From an uncultured delta proteobacterium (GTDB taxonomy: Bacteria; Myxococcota_A; Polyangia; Fen-1088): a DNA stretch of 64,000 nt. Positions 58,572 through 64,000 of this stretch are shown piece by piece (the first letter of the stretch is position 1; every line of letters starts with the position of its first letter). Under the pieces are notes generated by a model. It saw nothing but the letters and a program-made list of their open reading frames with translations. It did no database searches and had not been told where the DNA came from. Both the position numbers and the translations under genes were made by a program. The stretch spans positions 134,431-198,430 of the forward strand of contig CAVWIP010000014.1 of the NCBI GenBank assembly GCA_963755125.1, written 5' to 3'.

Positions 58572-59374
58572 AGCGCGACGACGAAGCGAGCGACTCGCGA
58601 CGCACGCTTCTCGCCGGACTGGCGGCCTCGGCTGCGGGCGCCATCGTGGGCTGTTCGCGAGCGGCGGCGAGGAGCCCGGAGCCGGCGCCGCGCGGACCTC
58701 GTCGCAAATGGGGCCTGGTGATTGATCTCGACCGTTGCTCCCGCTGCGCCGGGTGCGTGGTAGCTTGTCAGCAAGAGAACAACGTGCCTCCCCTCGGTCC
58801 GGAAGCCGCGGCGCGGATGCGCCCGATCCATTGGATGGACTTTCTGCCGCCTGCGCCGGGAAATTCTGCAGCCACGCCCATTCCCTGCATGCACTGCGAG
58901 GACCCGCCCTGCGTGAAGGTCTGCCCAGTGGGCGCGACCTATCAGAGTCCCGAGGGCATCACCGCGCAGATCTGGGAACGTTGTATCGGCTGCCGCTACT
59001 GCATGGTGGCTTGCCCGTACGCGCGCCGCTATTTCAACTGGAGCGAGCCGCGTTGGCCGGGCGATGATCCGAGCAGCCTGAATCCCGACGTGGTTCCGCG
59101 GCCACGCGGCGTGGTGGAGAAGTGCACCCTGTGCCACCACCGCATTCGCGCTGCGGTCGAGCGGGCTCGCGTCGACGAGGAGGCGCTGAACGATGAGGCC
59201 CTGCGCTGGCTGCCGGCCTGTGCCCAGTCCTGTCCGACACGGGCCATCACCTTCGGCGATCTTGCCGATCCGGAGTCGGAAGTTGCGCGTTTGGCGGCGA
59301 GCCCGCGCGCCACGCGCTTGCTCCCCGAGGCGGGCACGCGGCCCAAGGTCATCTACTTGCGGGAGACGAAGTGA
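58568..59374 (+). CDS. Four-cluster ferredoxin (QrcC/NrfC/DmsB-like)
   Basis: CSRCAGC; CMHCEDPPCVKVCP; CIGCRYC; KCTLC; own SRRTLL...IVGC leader. Confidence 0.9.
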   Translation: MKRDDEASDSRRTLLAGLAASAAGAIVGCSRAAARSPEPAPRGPRRKWGLVIDLDRCSRCAGCVVACQQENNVPPLGPEAAARMRPIHWMDFLPPAPGNSAATPIPCMHCEDPPCVKVCPVGATYQSPEGITAQIWERCIGCRYCMVACPYARRYFNWSEPRWPGDDPSSLNPDVVPRPRGVVEKCTLCHHRIRAAVERARVDEEALNDEALRWLPACAQSCPTRAITFGDLADPESEVARLAASPRATRLLPEAGTRPKVIYLRETK

Positions 59375-60786
59375 AACGCGCGCGCGCAGTCATCGTGTTT
59401 CTCCTGGCGCTGGTCGCCGTCGGTAGCTACGCCCTCGCCCAGCAGTGCATCCAGGGCGACGCCGTCACCGACCTGAACACCATCGGCGCAGGCGGCGCGG
59501 TGTGGGGCCTGTATGTGGCCGGCGACGGGTTCTTCGCCAGCGCGGCCCTGGCCAGTCTCGTCGTGGCGTGCGTGATTCGCGTGCTGCGATTGCGCGAGAT
59601 GGAACCTGTGGCTTGGATCGCGCTGCCCCTCGGGATCGCGGGTCTTCTGGCCTCGCTGGGCTGCGTGCTGGCGGATCTCGGCCGCCCGATGCCTGCGATG
59701 GTGAATCTGCCGCTGGTCGGGCGTCCGCGCTCGCCGTTCTTCGGCACGTTCACCCTGGTGGCAGGCGCATCGCTTTTTGCAGGTGCAATTCATCTGGCGC
59801 TGGCCAGCCGGCCGGGATGGGCAGCGCGCGCGCAGGCGGCTGGCAGATGGCCATGGCTCTGGCGCACTCTGGCCTGTGGCTGGCCAGGCACAGCGTCGGC
59901 CGAGCGCCGCCGCGAGCGCGTCGACTTCTGGCTGTCGCTTGCCGTTCTTCCTGTACTGCTAGGTGGCCTTGTGATTCTGGGCGCAGTGTTTGGCGTGAGG
60001 GCCGGACGTCCGGCGTGGCAAGGTCATTTCGAAGTCGTCACCTTCGTCGTGTCAGGGGGCGCGGCCGGCTGCAGCCTGCTGGCACTGGCTGCGCACGCGC
60101 GGGCCAGCGTTTTCATGGCGCGCATGGTGGCCGTGCTGACTGGACTCACTGTCCTTCTGGTGGTGTCAGCCGAGATCCTGGCGCTGCGCACGCCGTACCC
60201 GTCCGTGCAGCGCTACGCGCACGCCTTGCTGCAAGGGCCGTGGAGCGGGCTGTTCTGGACGGAACTGGTCCTTCTCTTCTTGGCCGGAGCGATTGCTCTG
60301 GCCATGTCGTGGCGGAAGACGATCTCGCCGGTCTGGACTGCGACCATTGCGGCGCTGCTCTGTGCGGCTGTGTCTTTCCAGCGCTTCCTGCTCCTGGTCG
60401 CGTGGCAAACGCATGGTCTGGGTCTGCCCTGGCCAGCCGGCGCCTACCACCCGACGTGGATCGAATGGGCCGTGCTGACGGGGGTGACAGCCGCGGCTGT
60501 GCTCGCCTTCCTGCTTCTGTCCAAGACCTGCGCGGCACAGACGATGAGATTCGAGCCAGCCGCCCCGGCGGCCACTGGCCGTCGACTTCGTTCGCTCGTC
60601 ACTGCGGCATGTCTGGTTCTCGGTCTCGCGCTCGCCGGTGTCGGCCTGGCCCTGTCCGCCGGTTTCGCGAGCGCACCCTTTCTCGATCCGATCTTTCCGG
60701 GCGGCCCGCTGGTTTTTCTGGCGGGCCTGTTCATGACGGCGTCGTCCGCAATCGCCTACGAACTCATCCCGGAGCGGCTGCGGTAG
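59371..60786 (+). CDS. NrfD/PsrC-family membrane subunit (QrcD/ActC-like)
   Basis: WGLY; ADLGRP; RSP; YHPTWIEW; many TM helices. Confidence 0.85.
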   Translation: MKRARAVIVFLLALVAVGSYALAQQCIQGDAVTDLNTIGAGGAVWGLYVAGDGFFASAALASLVVACVIRVLRLREMEPVAWIALPLGIAGLLASLGCVLADLGRPMPAMVNLPLVGRPRSPFFGTFTLVAGASLFAGAIHLALASRPGWAARAQAAGRWPWLWRTLACGWPGTASAERRRERVDFWLSLAVLPVLLGGLVILGAVFGVRAGRPAWQGHFEVVTFVVSGGAAGCSLLALAAHARASVFMARMVAVLTGLTVLLVVSAEILALRTPYPSVQRYAHALLQGPWSGLFWTELVLLFLAGAIALAMSWRKTISPVWTATIAALLCAAVSFQRFLLLVAWQTHGLGLPWPAGAYHPTWIEWAVLTGVTAAAVLAFLLLSKTCAAQTMRFEPAAPAATGRRLRSLVTAACLVLGLALAGVGLALSAGFASAPFLDPIFPGGPLVFLAGLFMTASSAIAYELIPERLR

Positions 60787-60823
60787 CAACCGTCGCAGAC
60801 CGGCGTGGCGCCACTCGATTTTT

Positions 60824-60866
60824 GAGCGCGAGACGGGGCTCGGACCCGCGACCCTCGGCTTGGGAA
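60824..60866 (-). mobile_element. att site: degenerate 3' half of tRNA-Gly(CCC)
   Basis: Minus strand TTCCCAAGCCGAGGGTCGCGGGTCCGAGCCCCGTCTCGCGCTC = anticodon loop, T-arm and acceptor 3' strand; the 5' half is absent. Confidence 0.8.
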
Positions 60867-60963
60867 CTCGCGAAAAGACATCGCCGGGCGTAGCCGACGA
60901 TAGCAAACGTTCGCAAATTCAACCGGTTACGGAGGGCGACTTTAGCCGCGGTTCGCCAGGAAT

Positions 60964-61002
60964 TGCACCAAATAGCCAACCGTTTGGTGCATTAGTGGTG
61001 CA
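60964..61002. repeat. TGCACCA/TGGTGCA repeats, possible integrase arm-type sites
   Basis: TGCACCAAA (60964) and TTTGGTGCA (60983) inverted, plus a direct TGGTGCA at 60996. Confidence 0.5.
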
Positions 61003-61213
61003 AGCCGAGGGGGTAGGGTCCGGCGCGTCCACGACCATCGGCCCGTATCTCAGCGCTCGCGAAGTGGCGAACCTACTGAGGGTGAGCACGATCACGGTCT
61101 ACCGCCTGTGCGAGACCGGCCAACTGCCGCACGTCCGCGTGTGCAACGCGATCAGGGTGGGCGAGGGAGACCTGCGGCGGTATCTCGAAGACAGGACGAC
61201 ACGCACACGCTGA
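60998..61213 (+). CDS. Excisionase-like HTH protein
   Basis: YLSAREVANLLRVSTITVYRLCETGQLPHVRVCNAIRV; start uncertain. Confidence 0.75.
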   Translation: MQAEGVGSGASTTIGPYLSAREVANLLRVSTITVYRLCETGQLPHVRVCNAIRVGEGDLRRYLEDRTTRTR

Positions 61214-61225
61214 CGTCAAAACTAT

Positions 61226-61507
61226 ACAGAACAGGCGTTCGCGCGTCTCATCGAGATCCAGGACTTCATCACCCATTCCAATCCCGCTGCGGCGGAGCGC
61301 CTGGTCCGGCGAATCGTCGAGCGCCGCGAGGGGCTGTCGAAGTTTCCCGAGATGGGCAGAACGGTGCCCGAGCTTCCCGGAACCGGCCTGTGCGAGATCA
61401 TCGAGGGACGCTACCGCATCGTCTACCGGATCTGCGCGCAGGGCATCCAGATCCTCACCGCCTTCGAAGGTCATCGCCAGTTCCCTGTCGAGGACATAGC
61501 CAAGTAG
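61226..61507 (+). pseudogene. 5'-truncated RelE/ParE toxin (absent from the ORF track)
   Basis: TEQAFARLIEIQDFITHSNPAAAERLVRRI...FPEMGRTVPE...YRIVYR...AFEGHRQ; no start codon after the in-frame TGA at 61211; no antitoxin. Confidence 0.75.
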
Positions 61508-61520
61508 TGAGCATTCATCT

Positions 61521-62363
61521 TCAAGAAGCCTCCAACCGCACAACTGCATCACCAAATCGCCTCACTGCCCTGATCGTTCCGTTCAGCAGATTCTTGCATT
61601 CCACGATGATCGGTCCTCTTCCCGTAACGGCAATGTCAACAAATAACCCTCCGTCAGCCCCGCCACTCGTCAATGCTGCAAACGCCCTTTCCGCAAAGGA
61701 CCTCAGACCGAGACAATCGGGGTCTGGAAGTCCGCGCCGTATCGACTCATCAAAGTCGAATAGGAGGAAGTGGCCTCGAACACTGATCGCCCGATACTCA
61801 AGTCGCGCCCCACAGCCGGGATCAGTCGTAATATCAACCATCTCCTTAAAGATTACCGAATGAAACCCCTGAACATGCGTCCGAAGGTTGCGAACGACGA
61901 CCCCAATAGCCTTATCCGTTGCCTCCCTCGCAATGCATCCATCCGCACCCACATACTTCGCCGCGCTCTCGATTTCACTGCGGACGAAGACGGGTGGCGC
62001 AAGTCCCTCCTTGACGAGAGCACCCACCAACTCAGCATCCGACAAACTCGCGCTCGCGACCATTGCCCTGGGCGAGAAAGCTCCAAGAATTGGATACTGC
62101 TTCACGAAGCTGGCCCCGATCTCGTAGGCACGGGGTGACGTCGCAAGCGCAACGCCAGATGCCCTGCATCTCTCGAACAGCCGCCCATATTCCTCAACCG
62201 ACAGCCGCCGGCCCCGAACCTCATACTGTGCCTCCCCAGCCAGCTCATCAGACGCCGTCGACCGAAACACTTCGGCCAAGGGTTTCCTAGCGCATTTGAC
62301 GCCGGACTCCCTCAGCAGGGCCTCCTCATCGAACATGTAATCGTCTAGGTATAGGATATTCAT
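61521..62363 (-). CDS. ATP-grasp-like protein
   Basis: PVFVRSEIESAAK; LEYRA; FVDIAVTGRGPIIVE. Confidence 0.55.
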   Translation of the reverse strand: MNILYLDDYMFDEEALLRESGVKCARKPLAEVFRSTASDELAGEAQYEVRGRRLSVEEYGRLFERCRASGVALATSPRAYEIGASFVKQYPILGAFSPRAMVASASLSDAELVGALVKEGLAPPVFVRSEIESAAKYVGADGCIAREATDKAIGVVVRNLRTHVQGFHSVIFKEMVDITTDPGCGARLEYRAISVRGHFLLFDFDESIRRGLPDPDCLGLRSFAERAFAALTSGGADGGLFVDIAVTGRGPIIVECKNLLNGTIRAVRRFGDAVVRLEAS

Positions 62364-62370
62364 ATTACGC

Positions 62371-63042
62371 TCAATCGTTCGCAAATTCTCCATCGCGACC
62401 CATAAGCCCACGTCCAATTAGCTCGCGCACCAATGCCTCAACCCCCACGTACAAGAGGCCCTCCCACCCGATCATGGCGCAGGCGCCAACATGCTTGCCT
62501 CGGTCATCGATGTACAGCACTCTGGCGCTCTTACCAAATCTGCGTCTAATATCTGCATTCGCCGCCTCCCACAACTCTGCCTTCGGCTTGACTGCACCGT
62601 AGCGATATGACGGCATATAGATGTCAACCTCACTCAAAAGGCCAACCTTTTCGACCAAGTACGCACTGCGCCCTCTGTCGATGTTGGTTAGTACTCCCAC
62701 CGGGCATCTCCCTCGCACGGCGCGCAGAATTTCCAGGACGCCCTCATTTACAGCGTATGTTTCAGACCACATCCGCGTCAAGACTTCATTTGGTGGCCGT
62801 TTTTGCACGTCCCCTCCTGCAAGGTCGAAGACCCAGTCCCAAAACTGGCCTTCAGAGACCCGATCCTCTCGAAAAGCAGCCCCTTGCGCTGAATTCTCGC
62901 TTGTTAGCGCACAACAGGTCTCGCGACTGACACCAATTGCTGAAGCCAACTCACGCTCGGCTGGCTCTTGGTGGTCATCTCCCAATACTCCCCCGTAGTC
63001 CATCACCACTATCATGGCGTCGCCCGAACCTGCCTCTGTCAT
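62371..63042 (-). CDS. HAD-family hydrolase
   Basis: MDYGGV; LTN; VKP; YIDDR. Confidence 0.85.
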   Translation of the reverse strand: MTEAGSGDAMIVVMDYGGVLGDDHQEPAERELASAIGVSRETCCALTSENSAQGAAFREDRVSEGQFWDWVFDLAGGDVQKRPPNEVLTRMWSETYAVNEGVLEILRAVRGRCPVGVLTNIDRGRSAYLVEKVGLLSEVDIYMPSYRYGAVKPKAELWEAANADIRRRFGKSARVLYIDDRGKHVGACAMIGWEGLLYVGVEALVRELIGRGLMGRDGEFAND

Positions 63043-64000
63043 GTACCCTCCTCCACGGTCCAGAGGGGCCGCAATTCCCCAACTACAAACCAGTAGCATA
63101 CGGCGCCGCTGACGCTGATCGCCCCCGAGAGAGCCAGAGCCGGACCAAATGATCCGGTTTTGGCCACAAGCCAACCCGTGATTACAGGAGCCACGATTCC
63201 TGCCATATTTGCGACCGTGTTTTGAATGCCACCTATGGTTCCTACATAGTCAGACGATGGTGCGATATCTCCTGGGATGGCCCATATACCCGACGATGCC
63301 CCAATTGTCGACGCGAATGCAAAGGAAAGCACGCCTAACACAGCCCATTGCGAGGTGACGTGGTCAGCAAGGACGACGGATGCCGCGAGAAGCATGCCAA
63401 GGCAGAGAGGAAGTTTTCGCGCCACAGTGACGGAGATGCCATTTCGAATCAGTCGGTCGGTCCACCATCCGGCTGAAAGTCCCCCAAGAACAGCACACAT
63501 CGCTGGTATCATTCCCACTATCCCGACTCGTAGAAACGAGAATCCTTTCTCCGATACAAGATATGCTGGAAACCAAGTCAGGAAGAAGCTCTTGGCGTAG
63601 TTATATGCGAAGAAGCCGCAGCTGGCTCCGAGCACCTTCCGGTTACGAAGCAGACATCCAATTCCGTTAAGGACCGGCCGTCTTGGCGCGGGTGCCGACG
63701 TCGGATTGCTGCCGGACAGGCCCGGCGCCAAGCGGAGCCAGAGCGCGACCCAAATGAGACCAAGAAGGGCACAAGCGAAAAAGGATGTGCGCCATCCAAA
63801 TGAAACTATGAGAAAGACGACGATCGGCGCGCTCAAAGCCGTCCCTATGTAGGAGCCAACATCGAAGAGGGCGGTTGCGCGACCTCGTTCGTCCAACGGA
63901 AACTCCTCACGAACAAGCCGGGCGTTCGCCGGGAAGATAGGGGCTTCGCCGATTCCGACGGCGAAACGCGACACAAGGATGGATGAGAAGTTCCATGCTA
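63039..64000 (-). CDS. MFS transporter (anion:cation symporter/galactonate-like), partial
   Basis: GIGEAPIFPA; FPLDERG; WFPAYL; ARKLP; GGIQN; runs off the window. Confidence 0.88.
   Translation of the reverse strand, partial: AWNFSSILVSRFAVGIGEAPIFPANARLVREEFPLDERGRATALFDVGSYIGTALSAPIVVFLIVSFGWRTSFFACALLGLIWVALWLRLAPGLSGSNPTSAPAPRRPVLNGIGCLLRNRKVLGASCGFFAYNYAKSFFLTWFPAYLVSEKGFSFLRVGIVGMIPAMCAVLGGLSAGWWTDRLIRNGISVTVARKLPLCLGMLLAASVVLADHVTSQWAVLGVLSFAFASTIGASSGIWAIPGDIAPSSDYVGTIGGIQNTVANMAGIVAPVITGWLVAKTGSFGPALALSGAISVSGAVCYWFVVGELRPLWTVEEGT

Noticed and set aside
60824-60866. Functional tRNA-Gly
   Set aside because: The 5' half (D-arm and 5' anticodon stem) is missing and the T-loop is altered; treated as an att remnant.
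61108-61863. 251-aa ORF
   Set aside because: Off-frame to the toxin remnant and antisense to the ATP-grasp-like gene; Arg/Pro-rich with no motifs.

Overview
GC-rich bacterial window. The Gly/Ser/Thr-linker lipoproteins, the PilT paralogue and the excisionase-like HTH beside a tRNA scar suggest an anaerobic or facultative Myxococcota/deltaproteobacterium (inference). Main blocks: (1) 2.2-17.4 kb, a complete [FeFe]-hydrogenase locus: rex, a sensory [FeFe]-hydrogenase-histidine kinase fusion, a hybrid kinase, hydG-aspA-hydF-hydE, and a trimeric HydCBA whose beta subunit carries a GltD/NfnB-like module in place of its terminal ferredoxin domain. Tandem Rex-type boxes lie at both promoters. (2) 17.8-28.2 kb, an uncharacterised envelope cluster: three Tat-exported DUF362 proteins, three copies of an IDG(G/A)A domain (DUF6599-like; one free, one apparently circularly permuted, one embedded in a 1393-aa propeller/barrel protein) and a NapH-NapG-like polyferredoxin. 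This is the best candidate for an undescribed system. (3) A 163-bp MITE-like element, rubrerythrin, PilT-like ATPase, aqpZ, vapBC and class II RNR. (4) A glycosylation cluster, galTK with a glycoside hydrolase, an orphan carbamoyltransferase and a TetR-RND efflux operon. (5) A QrcABCD/ACIII-like complex, then a tRNA-Gly 3' half (att site) marking the left edge of a lower-GC island that runs off the window. No CRISPR array, rRNA or intact tRNA was seen. All family assignments are by motif recognition, not database search.
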